From Candidatus Latescibacterota bacterium (GTDB lineage: Bacteria; Latescibacterota; UBA2968; UBA8231): a stretch of DNA of 64,000 nucleotides. Shown in pieces: positions 19,637 to 29,473 of the stretch (its first letter is position 1; each line of letters starts with the position of its first letter). The DNA lies in contig OZ252098.1 in the NCBI GenBank assembly GCA_965248355.1, forward strand, positions 907,099 to 971,098. The letters are read 5' to 3'. A program made the position numbers and the translations under genes. A model generated the notes under the pieces. That model saw only the letters and a program-made list of their open reading frames with translations, was not told the DNA's origin and did no database searches.

Positions 19637-20044
19637 GTGTCCGAAGCCTACAACGAGACCGTTCTCGACCATTACCGCAACCCCCGCAACGTGGGTGTTC
19701 TCAAGGACGCCCAGGCTGTCGGCAAAGCGGAGAACTCGGCTTGCGGGGACATCCTGCATCTCTATCTACGGATCAATGGTGACCGGGTCGTCGACTCCCG
19801 CTTCCAGACCTTCGGATGCGCTGCGGCGATCGCCGCCGGGTCAAAGCTGACCGAGATGGTGATCGGTGCCACTCTCGATCAGTTGCGCACCATCCGGCGG
19901 CTGGACGTGGTCCAGGCCCTCGGCGGGCTGCCTCCGATGAAGGTCCATTGCTCGGTTCTGGCAGAAGACGCGATCCGAGCCGCTCTCGAGGACTACGAGG
20001 GCGCCCTAGAAGACTCCAAGAAAACACTTCGACAACCTCTATGA
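19637..20044 (+). CDS. iscU: IscU/NifU-type Fe-S cluster scaffold
   Basis: ORF 19562..20044. GTG 19637 gives VSEAYNETVLDHYRNPRNVG, like canonical IscU N-termini. The three scaffold Cys are present: NSACGD, FGCAAAIA, LPPMKVHCS. The start is uncertain (19562 is the alternative). Confidence 0.85.
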   Translation: MSEAYNETVLDHYRNPRNVGVLKDAQAVGKAENSACGDILHLYLRINGDRVVDSRFQTFGCAAAIAAGSKLTEMVIGATLDQLRTIRRLDVVQALGGLPPMKVHCSVLAEDAIRAALEDYEGALEDSKKTLRQPL

Positions 20045-20056
20045 AAGGAAGACCTC

Positions 20057-20671
<615 letters not shown>

Positions 20672-20758
20672 AGCCCGCCGCTCGGAGCCGCTCAGGCTCG
20701 GAGCGATCGGTTTCCATCGGCGGCCAACGAGCCGCCTCCTCAAGGAAAAGGGCTTGCC

Positions 20759-21223
20759 ATGGCGATCCAACCGGGTGATCCGGCTCCGGATTTCACCCTG
20801 AAGAATACGGACTTGGAGGAGGTGACCCTGTCCTCCCTGCGGGGCAGGAAGGTAGTCCTCCTCTTCGTGCCCCTGGCCTTCACCGGCGTATGCACCCAGG
20901 AGCTTTGCGAGATCTCCCAGGGGATCTCGGCCTACTCCGACGCTGACGCCGAGGTGCTCGGCGTCAGCGTCGACAGCCCCTTCGCGCAGAAGGCCTGGGC
21001 GGAGCAGGAGGGGATCGGCATCTCCCTGCTGAGCGACTTCAACAGGGAGGTCTGCGCCGCCTACGGTGCCCGGTACGATGATCTGCTGGGCATGGTCGGC
21101 GTGGCCAAGCGTGCGGCCTTCGTCATCGACAGGGAGGGAATCGTCCGTTACGCCTCCGTGTCCGAAGACGCCAAGGTCCTGCCCGACTTCGAGGCGGTGA
21201 AGGCCTGCCTCGGGTCGATGTAG
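20759..21223 (+). CDS. peroxiredoxin (AhpC/TSA family, AhpE/Bcp-like)
   Basis: PAPDFTL and the peroxidatic Cys motif PLAFTGVCTQE. 154 aa. Confidence 0.9.
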   Translation: MAIQPGDPAPDFTLKNTDLEEVTLSSLRGRKVVLLFVPLAFTGVCTQELCEISQGISAYSDADAEVLGVSVDSPFAQKAWAEQEGIGISLLSDFNREVCAAYGARYDDLLGMVGVAKRAAFVIDREGIVRYASVSEDAKVLPDFEAVKACLGSM

Positions 21224-21260
21224 TCGCAGGACCCTTCCCAAGGCCCAGGTCCACGCCGAG

Positions 21261-22691
21261 ATGCCTACTGAAGGCACGAGCCGCTCCCTGGCGGCTTCCG
21301 AGGAGGTCCGTGAGGAGACCTCTCTGACGGGCGCGACGAGGTCCGCCGTCCGGGGTTGCGTTCATCCGCCATCCTTTCCGACGGCGGTCCTCGACGAGTC
21401 CCACCGCGATTTGCGGGACGACGAGTTCTGGCGCGCCGTTCCGGCCTACGCCCACCTGCGGGCCGACGAGTTCCACGACCACCGATTCCAGAGCCGGAAC
21501 GGCGTCACCAGCCTCCACAAGCTGCGGCAGGTCCTGGGCGGCCTCGTCTCCGAGGCGTTCTACGCCGATGTGGAAGCCGGGCTGCGTCGGTCGACGATGA
21601 GCCTGCGCATCTCCCCGTACCTGATCTCACTGGTCGACTGGTCGGCGCCGGAGACCGATCCGATCCGGCTTCAATTCCTGCCGCTTGGTTCGCGGCACGA
21701 GGCCGACCATCCCGAGCTGGATCTCGATTCGCTGAACGAGCAGGCCGACTCGCCCGTGCCCGGGCTCACGCACCGCTACCACGACCGGGCCCTGTTCCTG
21801 GCCCTGGACACCTGTCCCGTGTACTGCCGCTTCTGCACGCGTTCCTACTCGGTCGGCCTCGACACCGCCGACGTGGACAAGGTCCACCTCGGCGTCAGCC
21901 GCGAACGCTGGGAGCAGGCCTTCGACTACATCCGCCGCAATCCCCAGATCGAGGACGTGGTCATAAGCGGCGGCGACATGTACAACCTCAAGGCCGAGCA
22001 GGTCGAGCTGCTCGGCCGCACCCTGCTCGACATCGAGCACGTCCGGAGGTTCCGATACGCCACCAAGGGGCCGGCCGTGATGCCGCAGAAGCTGGTTACC
22101 GACCCCGACTGGGTGCGCGCCATCGCCCGCGTCGTCGCCGAGGGCCGTCGCCGCCACAAGGAGGTGGCCCTGCATACGCACTTCAACCACCCGCGGGAGA
22201 TCACCGCCTTCACCCGTCATGCCATGGAAGGGTTGATGGCGGAGGGCATGATCGTTCGCAATCAGGCGGTGCTGCAGCGCGGCGTGAACGACGATGCCGA
22301 CACCATGCGCCTGCTGGTCCGGCGCCTGGGATATCTCAACATCCATCCCTACTACGTCTTTGTGCACGACATGGTCCGCGGGGTCGAGGAGTTGCGCACG
22401 AGCCTGCGGGCCGCCATCGAACTCGAAAAGCTTGTGCGGGGGGTCACCGCGGGCTTCAACCTGCCCGCCTTCGTCCTCGACACCATGGGCGGCGGGGGCA
22501 AGCGGCATGTCCACTCCCACGAGCGCTACGACCACGACACTGGGATCGCCGTCTTCACCAGTCCCGCGGTACGGCCGGGTCGACGCTTCCTGTTCTTCGA
22601 CCCGCTGCACAGCCTCGGTCCCGGTGCGCAGGCGCTCTGGGCCGATCCTCATTCCCGGGCCGGCATGATCGCCGAGGCCCTGGAGGGGTAA
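21261..22691 (+). CDS. kamA: KamA-family radical SAM aminomutase (lysine 2,3-aminomutase-like)
   Basis: CPVYCRFCTRS (CxxxCxxC), SGGD, and the PLP-lysine region (FVLDTMGGGGKRHV). 476 aa with a long N-terminal region; the start is uncertain. Confidence 0.85.
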   Translation: MPTEGTSRSLAASEEVREETSLTGATRSAVRGCVHPPSFPTAVLDESHRDLRDDEFWRAVPAYAHLRADEFHDHRFQSRNGVTSLHKLRQVLGGLVSEAFYADVEAGLRRSTMSLRISPYLISLVDWSAPETDPIRLQFLPLGSRHEADHPELDLDSLNEQADSPVPGLTHRYHDRALFLALDTCPVYCRFCTRSYSVGLDTADVDKVHLGVSRERWEQAFDYIRRNPQIEDVVISGGDMYNLKAEQVELLGRTLLDIEHVRRFRYATKGPAVMPQKLVTDPDWVRAIARVVAEGRRRHKEVALHTHFNHPREITAFTRHAMEGLMAEGMIVRNQAVLQRGVNDDADTMRLLVRRLGYLNIHPYYVFVHDMVRGVEELRTSLRAAIELEKLVRGVTAGFNLPAFVLDTMGGGGKRHVHSHERYDHDTGIAVFTSPAVRPGRRFLFFDPLHSLGPGAQALWADPHSRAGMIAEALEG

Positions 22692-22777
22692 CCCGCGGTG
22701 CGCTGTCAGACCGGCTCCCAGGAGGAGAAGCGACGGGCGAGGGCCGCGTCCTTCCCGGAAATGGAATCGACGACGAC

Positions 22778-24475
22778 ATGAATTCAAAGGACATCCTGCC
22801 CGCCGAACTGTGGCTGGCCGTCCTCTGCGGCTTGGGGTTGCTGCTGGTCGGTGTCGGCCTCGGGTACTTGATCAACCTCTACCTGAGAAGGCCGGATCAG
22901 CACCGTGTAGAGGAGGAAGCCGAGGCCCGGGCCATGCGCCGCTTCGCCGAGCGGGAGCGCGCCCAGCGGCTGACCTTCCTCGAGGAGAAGGACAGCTGGT
23001 ACAAGCTGAAGGCCGACCAGGAGAACCAGCTGGAAGAGGCCCTGGAGGAGCAGAACCGCCGAGGCAAGGAGCTGGCCACCCGGGAACGGGAGATCGACAC
23101 CCGGCGGCAGGAGATGCGCAAGGAGTGGGGCCGGTTCAAGAACCAGGAGAGGCGGCTCAGCTCCCGGGAGCGGGCGATACGGGCCACCGAGGTCGAGATC
23201 GAGACAGTCCAGCGAGAGTACCGGGAAAAGCTTGAGCTCGTGGCCAACCTCACCGAAGACGAGGCCAAGGAGCAGCTCCTGGAGCACCTCTCGGGCAAGG
23301 TCAGGGCGCGGGCGGCGGCCATGATCCGGGCGGAGAGGACGCGCGCCCGGGAGGAGGCCGATCGAGAGGCGCGCAAGATCATCGCCCAGGCCATCCAGCG
23401 TTGCGCCGTGGAGGAGGCGGAGCACGCGGCCACCTCCACCATGACTCTCCCCAGTGAGAGCCTCAAAAGTCGGATCATCGGCAAGGAGGGACGCAACGTG
23501 CGTGCCTTCGAGAACGCCACAGGGGTCAAGGTGGTGGTCGACGACACCCCCGACACCGTGCTGTTGTCCTCCTTCGATCCCCTTCGCCGCGAGGTGGCGG
23601 CGCGTTCCATGGACCGTCTCGTCCGCGATGGTGGATTCACGCCGAGCCGGATCGAGGAGGTCGTGGCCGAGGCTCGGCAGAGCGTTGACAAGGAGATGGA
23701 GGAAGCCGGTCACCGGGCGCTCGCGAAGATCGGAGCCAGCGACTACCACCCCGATCTGCCCGCCTCCGTGGGCCGGCTCAAGTTCCGTTCCAGCTACGGG
23801 CAGAACCAGCTCCAGCACTGCCTGGAAGTGGGGCAGTTGGCGGGGCTCATGGCCCAGGAGATCGGTCTCGACCCCAAGCTCGCGCGCAGAGCCGGACTGC
23901 TCCACGACATCGGCAAGACGGTGAGCCGGGAGGTGGAGGGATCGCACATCGAGCTCGGCGTGGAGATGGCCGAGCGATTCGGGGAGCATCCCGTCGTGCG
24001 CGAGGTGATCGCCGAGAGTCACGAGGAACACGAGCGTGTGGATCCGATCTGCTTTCTCGTGAAGGCCGCCGACGCCATCTCCTCGGTCCGGCCGGGAGGC
24101 CGCCGGGAGGACTTCGAGGGATACGCGCGCCGCATCATGAAGCTGGAGGAGATCGCCACCTCCTTCGAAGGCGTGAAGGATGTCTACGCCATCAACGCCG
24201 GGCGCGAGATCCGCGTCATGGTGCGGGGGGAGCACGTGAGCGACGACGACGCGGAGATCCTCGCCTTCCACATCGCCGAGCGAGTGAAGAACGAGCTGAC
24301 CTTCGCCGGCGAGGTGAAGGTGATGGTCGTTCGCGAGACCCGCGCCGCCCGCTACACCGGCCTGAGGTCCCGCGGCCAGCGAGTCGCGAATTCGCGTTCC
24401 AGGCGCCGGGGACACGATGCCTCGCCCCACAACGGACGCCACCCGCGCAACGGGCAGTCCCGTCCCGGCGGTTGA
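22778..24475 (+). CDS. rny: ribonuclease Y
   Basis: ATG 22778 within ORF 21356..24475. N-terminal TM helix, long coiled coil, KH domain (RIIGKEGRNVRAFE), HD domain (LLHDIGK). An extra Arg-rich tail of about 38 aa follows the usual end. Confidence 0.93.
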   Translation: MNSKDILPAELWLAVLCGLGLLLVGVGLGYLINLYLRRPDQHRVEEEAEARAMRRFAERERAQRLTFLEEKDSWYKLKADQENQLEEALEEQNRRGKELATREREIDTRRQEMRKEWGRFKNQERRLSSRERAIRATEVEIETVQREYREKLELVANLTEDEAKEQLLEHLSGKVRARAAAMIRAERTRAREEADREARKIIAQAIQRCAVEEAEHAATSTMTLPSESLKSRIIGKEGRNVRAFENATGVKVVVDDTPDTVLLSSFDPLRREVAARSMDRLVRDGGFTPSRIEEVVAEARQSVDKEMEEAGHRALAKIGASDYHPDLPASVGRLKFRSSYGQNQLQHCLEVGQLAGLMAQEIGLDPKLARRAGLLHDIGKTVSREVEGSHIELGVEMAERFGEHPVVREVIAESHEEHERVDPICFLVKAADAISSVRPGGRREDFEGYARRIMKLEEIATSFEGVKDVYAINAGREIRVMVRGEHVSDDDAEILAFHIAERVKNELTFAGEVKVMVVRETRAARYTGLRSRGQRVANSRSRRRGHDASPHNGRHPRNGQSRPGG

Positions 24476-24490
24476 AGCCGAGGATCCCTC

Positions 24491-24925
24491 GTGGCGGCGG
24501 GAAGGCGCAGGGGGTACGGAACGTTGAGCGGCCTTTGGCGGGTCATCCGCCGAACCACGGCCAGACGCGCGCCTGCAGGATTCCGTGCCGGGGGCGCCCC
24601 TCTGCACGGGATCCCTCGCTTGCGGAAGGGCTCCGACGGCCGCCCGCGGTGTGTCGCTTGTGCCTTGTGCGCGGCTGCCTGCCCCTCGAACTGCATCCAT
24701 ATCGAGCCCGCCGCTCCTCCCTGGGTGGACGAGGAAGCCGTGTCGACCACGAGCGAACGCTGGCCCGCCGTGTTCGAGCTCGACCTGGGCCGGTGCCTGC
24801 TGTGCGGTCTGTGCGAGTCGGCCTGCCCCGAGCAGGCGATCTCCCTGGACTCGGCGGGCCCTGTCCCGGTGAAGGCCGAGCGCCAGGATCTGTATCTGGG
24901 CCGTGAGGCCCTGTTGCGGCGGTGA
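24491..24925 (+). CDS. NuoI-like 2x[4Fe-4S] ferredoxin-domain protein
   Basis: Two CxxCxxCxxxCP motifs (CVACALCAAACP and CLLCGLCESACP) with the spacing and flanks of NADH-quinone oxidoreductase subunit I. No other nuo genes are in the window. Its stop overlaps the dxr GTG start. Confidence 0.8.
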   Translation: MAAGRRRGYGTLSGLWRVIRRTTARRAPAGFRAGGAPLHGIPRLRKGSDGRPRCVACALCAAACPSNCIHIEPAAPPWVDEEAVSTTSERWPAVFELDLGRCLLCGLCESACPEQAISLDSAGPVPVKAERQDLYLGREALLRR

Positions 24926-26121
24926 CGCGCCTCGCCATCCTCGGGAGCACCGGGTCGATCGGTTCGACGACCTTCACGGTTCTGGAGAGTCTGCGCCGTC
25001 AGGACGGGGAGGCGGAGTGGGAGGTCGTGGCATTGGCCGGGGGACGGCGTATCGACGAGCTGATCCGCCAGGCCAGGCGTTGGTCTCCCAGACGCATATG
25101 CGTGGCCGGCCGCGAGGACGCTCAACGGGTCCGGGGTGAGTTGCCCGGTATCGAAGTCCTGTCCGGAGAGCAGGGGCTGTGCGAACTGGCCGCCGACGAC
25201 AGGGTGGACGTCGTCGTCAACGGCCTCGTCGGCGCCGTGGGACTGCCGCCGACGATGGCCGCCCTGGGCGCCGGCAAGGCGGTGGCCATGGCCAACAAGG
25301 AGCCGCTGGTCATGGCAGGGGGTCTGCTGCAGGAGGCGGCGCGGGCGGGCGGGGGAGAGCTGCTGCCCGTGGACAGCGAGCCCAGCGCCCTGTGGCAATG
25401 TCTGCGAGGCGAGCGTGAGGAGGATGTCTCCCGGCTGATCCTGACCGCCTCGGGCGGGGCCTTTCGCGACCGCAACCGCAAGGAGCTCGCCCGGGTGACG
25501 CCGGCCGAGGCCCTCGATCACCCGACCTGGAGGATGGGACCGAAGATCACCATCGACTCGGCGACCCTGATGAACAAGGGATTCGAAGTCATCGAGGCGG
25601 CCTGGCTCTTCGGTGTGGACGTAGACCGCGTGGAGGTCGTGATTCATCGGGAGTCGATCGTGCACTCCATGGTGGAATTCACCGACGGGTCCATCCTCGC
25701 TCACCTCGGACGAACCGACATGAGCCTGCCCATCCAGTACGCCCTCACCCATCCCAGGCGCAGGCCCGGTCCATTGCCGCGGCTGCCTCTTGCAGGCGTC
25801 GGGGCCTTGCACTTCGAAGCCCCGGATCCGGAGCGGGTCCCGGGCCTGTCCCTGTGCTACGATGCGGCCCGAGCCGGCGGCACCACGCCGGCGGCCTTGA
25901 ACGCGGCCAACGAGGTCGCGGTCTCCGCATTCCTCGAAGGGAGGCTGGGCTTTCTGCAGATCCACGAGTTGAACCTGTCCGTCGTCGACGGCTGGGAGTC
26001 CGGTCCGGCCACCGACCTGGAGACCATCCTGGAGGCCGACCGGCGGGCCCGGGCTCGGGCCGGAGACCACCTGTCTGCCGCCACGACCGGAATCGGCCAT
26101 CGAGGGAAGGGAGGGACATGA
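24922..26121 (+). CDS. dxr: 1-deoxy-D-xylulose 5-phosphate reductoisomerase
   Basis: LAILGSTGSIGSTT, ANKEPLVMAG, PVDSE, LTASGGAFR, HPTWRMGPKITIDSATLMNKGFEVIEA and HRESIVHSMVEF motifs. Confidence 0.95.
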   Translation: MTRLAILGSTGSIGSTTFTVLESLRRQDGEAEWEVVALAGGRRIDELIRQARRWSPRRICVAGREDAQRVRGELPGIEVLSGEQGLCELAADDRVDVVVNGLVGAVGLPPTMAALGAGKAVAMANKEPLVMAGGLLQEAARAGGGELLPVDSEPSALWQCLRGEREEDVSRLILTASGGAFRDRNRKELARVTPAEALDHPTWRMGPKITIDSATLMNKGFEVIEAAWLFGVDVDRVEVVIHRESIVHSMVEFTDGSILAHLGRTDMSLPIQYALTHPRRRPGPLPRLPLAGVGALHFEAPDPERVPGLSLCYDAARAGGTTPAALNAANEVAVSAFLEGRLGFLQIHELNLSVVDGWESGPATDLETILEADRRARARAGDHLSAATTGIGHRGKGGT

Positions 26122-26387
26122 CCCGGCAGGATTCCAAGCCACCGACGGCGTCCGTCCCGGACCTGAACGCCATCTACGAGGTCTCCCACCGCGTCCTGCG
26201 CTACCTCACCGGCGTGATGATCGTCGCCTTCATCCTGATCGTCGTGCTCACCAGCATCTCCACCGGACCCTTCGTGCAGGTCGTGGCCCGCGGGCTGTAC
26301 TTCCTGATTCTCGCCGTTCCCCTCGCCTCTCTGCTCACCTGGATCCTGCGATTGTGGGCCGAGAGAAGGGCCCGGGAGCCGCTGTGA
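26118..26387 (+). CDS. small membrane protein (2 TM), hypothetical
   Basis: ATGA overlap with the dxr stop. 89 aa with two long hydrophobic helices. Confidence 0.6.
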   Translation: MTRQDSKPPTASVPDLNAIYEVSHRVLRYLTGVMIVAFILIVVLTSISTGPFVQVVARGLYFLILAVPLASLLTWILRLWAERRAREPL

Positions 26388-26429
26388 TCCGGGCCGGCTG
26401 AACCAGGGGCAGGCCGGCCGACCCGCCCG

Positions 26430-26870
26430 ATGGAGATCCTCACCGCCAGGGGGCACTTCCACGCCGCCCACCGACAGCTCGACTACGCCGGCAAGTGCGC
26501 CAACGTCCACGGCCACACCTGGCGAGGTTCCTTCGTGGTGCGGGCCGAGCGCTTCCCGCGGCTGGAGGGTATCGACATGTCCATCGACTTCGGGGCCCTC
26601 AAGGAGATCTTCAAGGGCCTCGACCATCGCATGCTGGTCTCCGCCCGGGACCGGGTCTTTCTCGATGGCGGGCTCTTCGATCCGGAGGGCGTCGTGCTGT
26701 TGCCCGGCGACAACCCGAGCGTGGAGAACGTGGCCCGGTACTGCATGGAGAGGGCGGTCGAAGCCCTGTCCAACCTGTTCCCGGATCGTGGGATCGACTA
26801 CGATTTGGAGGTCACCATTCAGGAGACGGACAACAACCTCTTCACCCTGCAGCGTTCGGTGACCATCTGA
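26430..26870 (+). CDS. queD: 6-carboxy-5,6,7,8-tetrahydropterin synthase
   Basis: FHAAHRQ, CANVHGHTW and IDFGALKE motifs of the PTPS/QueD family. Confidence 0.9.
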   Translation: MEILTARGHFHAAHRQLDYAGKCANVHGHTWRGSFVVRAERFPRLEGIDMSIDFGALKEIFKGLDHRMLVSARDRVFLDGGLFDPEGVVLLPGDNPSVENVARYCMERAVEALSNLFPDRGIDYDLEVTIQETDNNLFTLQRSVTI

Positions 26871-26872
26871 AC

Positions 26873-27130
26873 ATGCCTCGTGAAGCGCTGATGACCGTGG
26901 GCGAGGTGTCGAGCTACCTGCGGTGCTCGGTCTCGATGGTCAGGAGGCTGGTCAGGCGATCGGAGATCCCCCACTTCCGGCTGGGCCGGCTCGTTCGTTT
27001 CCGTCGCAGCGAGGTCGATGGCTGGCTGGCGGGGCACCACGGGGGCGACTCGTCCTCCGACGGGAATCGCAAGTCCGCCGCCCACCCCGATCAGTTGTTC
27101 CTGTTCGGCGAGTCGGGGCGCGGAGCGTGA
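26873..27130 (+). CDS. excisionase-family (MerR-like) helix-turn-helix DNA-binding protein
   Basis: ATG 26873 within ORF 26495..27130. LMTVGEVSSYLRCSVSMVRRLVRRSEIPHFRLGRLVRFRRSEVDGWL is the HTH_17 pattern. Its stop overlaps the next gene's GTG. Confidence 0.7.
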   Translation: MPREALMTVGEVSSYLRCSVSMVRRLVRRSEIPHFRLGRLVRFRRSEVDGWLAGHHGGDSSSDGNRKSAAHPDQLFLFGESGRGA

Positions 27131-29460
27131 GCCTCCCGGTCGATCCTGGGACCGATCAAGCCCATCAGGCCGCGGACGGACCGCGTATCGAGAGAGTCGC
27201 CGTCCTGGGCGCCGGCGTCATGGGCAGCCAGATCGCGGCCTTGCTGGCCAACGCCGGAATCGAGGTCGATCTACTCGACCTCGCCGAAGGGGGCGACGAG
27301 GCGGGACGGGCCCGGTCCGGACTCGAGAAGCTGCGGCGGCAGCGGCCGGGGCCACTGTTCCAGCCCGAGGTGGCGGAACGAATCCACCCAGGCTCCCTGG
27401 ACGACACGTCGGCCCTGGCCCGCGCCCAGTGGGTGATCGAGGCCGTGGTGGAGGACCTCGCGGCCAAGCGCTCCCTCTTCGAGGAGCTTCACCGCCACCT
27501 CGGGCCCTCCGCGGTGCTCACCAGCAATACCTCCGGCCTGTCGATCGCCGCCCTCGGCGCGGCCCTTCCGAAGGACCTGCAGAGCCGCTTCTTCGGCGTT
27601 CACTTCTTCAATCCCCCGCGCCACATGAAGCTCGTGGAGGTGGTCCCGGGGCCCGCCACCGATCCCTCGCGGATCGAGGTCCTGACCGCCTTCCTGCGGA
27701 ACGGCCTCGGCAAGGGCGTCGTCGCCTGCCGGGATACGCCCAACTTCATCGCCAACCGCCTGGGAGTGTTCGCCGTTATGGACGTCCTGCGCCGCATGGA
27801 GGCCGGAGGTCTCAGCGTGGAGGAGGTGGACGCCGTCACCGGTCCGGCCCTGGGACGGCCACGCAGCGCCACCCTGAGGTTGTGCGATCTCATCGGCCTG
27901 GATACGCTGGTCCACGTGGCCCGCACGGCCTACGACGGCCTGGACCACGACCCCTGGCGCGGCACCTTCGAGCTCGGCCCCGCTCTGCGCTCCATGGTCG
28001 ACGCGGGACTGCTGGGGGACAAGTCCGGGGGCGGATTCTACCGCAAAGGGGAGAGCGGGATCGAGGCCATCGATCCCGCCACGCTCGAGTACCGCCCGCG
28101 GCGCAAAGTGGCCGCCCCTCTCCCGGACCGTGGCGACCTCGCGGAGAGGTTGGCCGCGGCAGTCGCCCCGGCCGGGGAGGATCCCCTCGCCTGCTTTGCG
28201 CGCGATCACCTGTTCACGACTTTGAGCTACTGCGCGGCCTGCGCGGCCGAGGTGGCCGACTCCCTGGAGGCCATCGACCAGGTCCTGCGCTGGGGATTCC
28301 ACTGGGAAGCCGGGCCCTTCGAGCAGATCGATCTCATCGGCGCACGCGTCCTGATCGAGGGCCTGGAAGCGGCCGGCATCGACCCGCCGGAGTTGCTCGC
28401 GAGCATCGCCGCCACAGAGACCGGTCGCGTCTATGGCCGGGAGGCCGGAGAGCGCGGGGTCCTGGCCCCGGACGGCCAGGGATACCGTCCGCTCCGCCCG
28501 CCCGGGCCCCCGGCCGATGCGGAACGCCTGGCCACCGCCGAGGTCCTGCGGGAATGCGAGACCGCACGCCTGGTTCGTCTCGGGGACGGGGCCGCGGTGA
28601 TCGAGCTGCGAGGCAAACTCAACGTCCTCGGGCCCGGGTCCCTGGCCTTCGCCCGCGATGCCGTGTCCGGGGAGGTCTTCGACCTCATCGTCCTCACCGG
28701 CGCCGGCGAGCACCTCTCTGCGGGCGCCGACCTGAGGTACGTCCTGCACCTCATCGACGACGGTCGCTGGGCGGAGCTGGACTCGTACTTGCAGCTGTTC
28801 CAGCAGGCCAGCTCGGGGGTGCGCTATTCGCCGGTGCCGGTGGTCACGGCCGCACGCGGCCTGGCCCTCGGAGGGGGCTGCGAGTTCAATCTCGCGGCGG
28901 CCGCCCGGGTCGTGGCCGCCGAACTGCGGCTCGGTCTCGTGGAGACGCGGATCGGCGTCGTGCCCGGAGCCGGCGGCTGCAAGGAGATGGTGCGGCGCTT
29001 CGGAGCGGAGGTGGATGCCTTCCTGCCCATTCTCCAGGAGGGACGGACGTCGGACAACGCGCTGCAGGCGAGGGCCTGGGGCTTCCTCGATGGCTCCGAC
29101 CTGGTCCGGCTCGACGGCGACCGGCTCCTCGTGGCCGCTGTGACCCGGGCCCGGGAGCTGCTCGAGGGAGGTTGGACCCCGCCAAGGCCGAAGGCATTGC
29201 CGGTGGCGGGTCCCCATGTTCTCGACCGGCTGCACGCGGAGCTCGACCAGGGCGCGGCAGAGGGTCGGCTGGGTGCGCACGATGTGGTGGTCGGCAAGGC
29301 CTTGGCCCGGGTGGTGTGCGGCGGCGGCGCCCGCGGGGCCATCTCCGAGGAACGACTGCTCGAACTGGAGCGCGAGGCCTTTCTCGAGCTCTGCGGTACC
29401 TCGGCTACCCGGGCGAGGATCGCGCACATGCTCGAAACCGGGAAACCCTTGCGCAACTGA
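27127..29460 (+). CDS. FadN-type 3-hydroxyacyl-CoA dehydrogenase / enoyl-CoA hydratase fusion
   Basis: GTG 27127 within ORF 26923..29460. The N-terminus has VAVLGAGVMGSQIA (NAD fold), HFFNPPRHMKLVEV and TPNFIANR. The C-terminal ~250 aa is crotonase-like (GGCEFNLAA). Confidence 0.9.
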   Translation: MSLPVDPGTDQAHQAADGPRIERVAVLGAGVMGSQIAALLANAGIEVDLLDLAEGGDEAGRARSGLEKLRRQRPGPLFQPEVAERIHPGSLDDTSALARAQWVIEAVVEDLAAKRSLFEELHRHLGPSAVLTSNTSGLSIAALGAALPKDLQSRFFGVHFFNPPRHMKLVEVVPGPATDPSRIEVLTAFLRNGLGKGVVACRDTPNFIANRLGVFAVMDVLRRMEAGGLSVEEVDAVTGPALGRPRSATLRLCDLIGLDTLVHVARTAYDGLDHDPWRGTFELGPALRSMVDAGLLGDKSGGGFYRKGESGIEAIDPATLEYRPRRKVAAPLPDRGDLAERLAAAVAPAGEDPLACFARDHLFTTLSYCAACAAEVADSLEAIDQVLRWGFHWEAGPFEQIDLIGARVLIEGLEAAGIDPPELLASIAATETGRVYGREAGERGVLAPDGQGYRPLRPPGPPADAERLATAEVLRECETARLVRLGDGAAVIELRGKLNVLGPGSLAFARDAVSGEVFDLIVLTGAGEHLSAGADLRYVLHLIDDGRWAELDSYLQLFQQASSGVRYSPVPVVTAARGLALGGGCEFNLAAAARVVAAELRLGLVETRIGVVPGAGGCKEMVRRFGAEVDAFLPILQEGRTSDNALQARAWGFLDGSDLVRLDGDRLLVAAVTRARELLEGGWTPPRPKALPVAGPHVLDRLHAELDQGAAEGRLGAHDVVVGKALARVVCGGGARGAISEERLLELEREAFLELCGTSATRARIAHMLETGKPLRN

Positions 29461-29473
29461 AGGGAGAGATCGC

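Noticed and set aside
22784-24700. 638-aa ORF antisense to rny
   Set aside because: It is the mirror frame of a gene with unmistakable RNase Y domains and has no motifs of its own.
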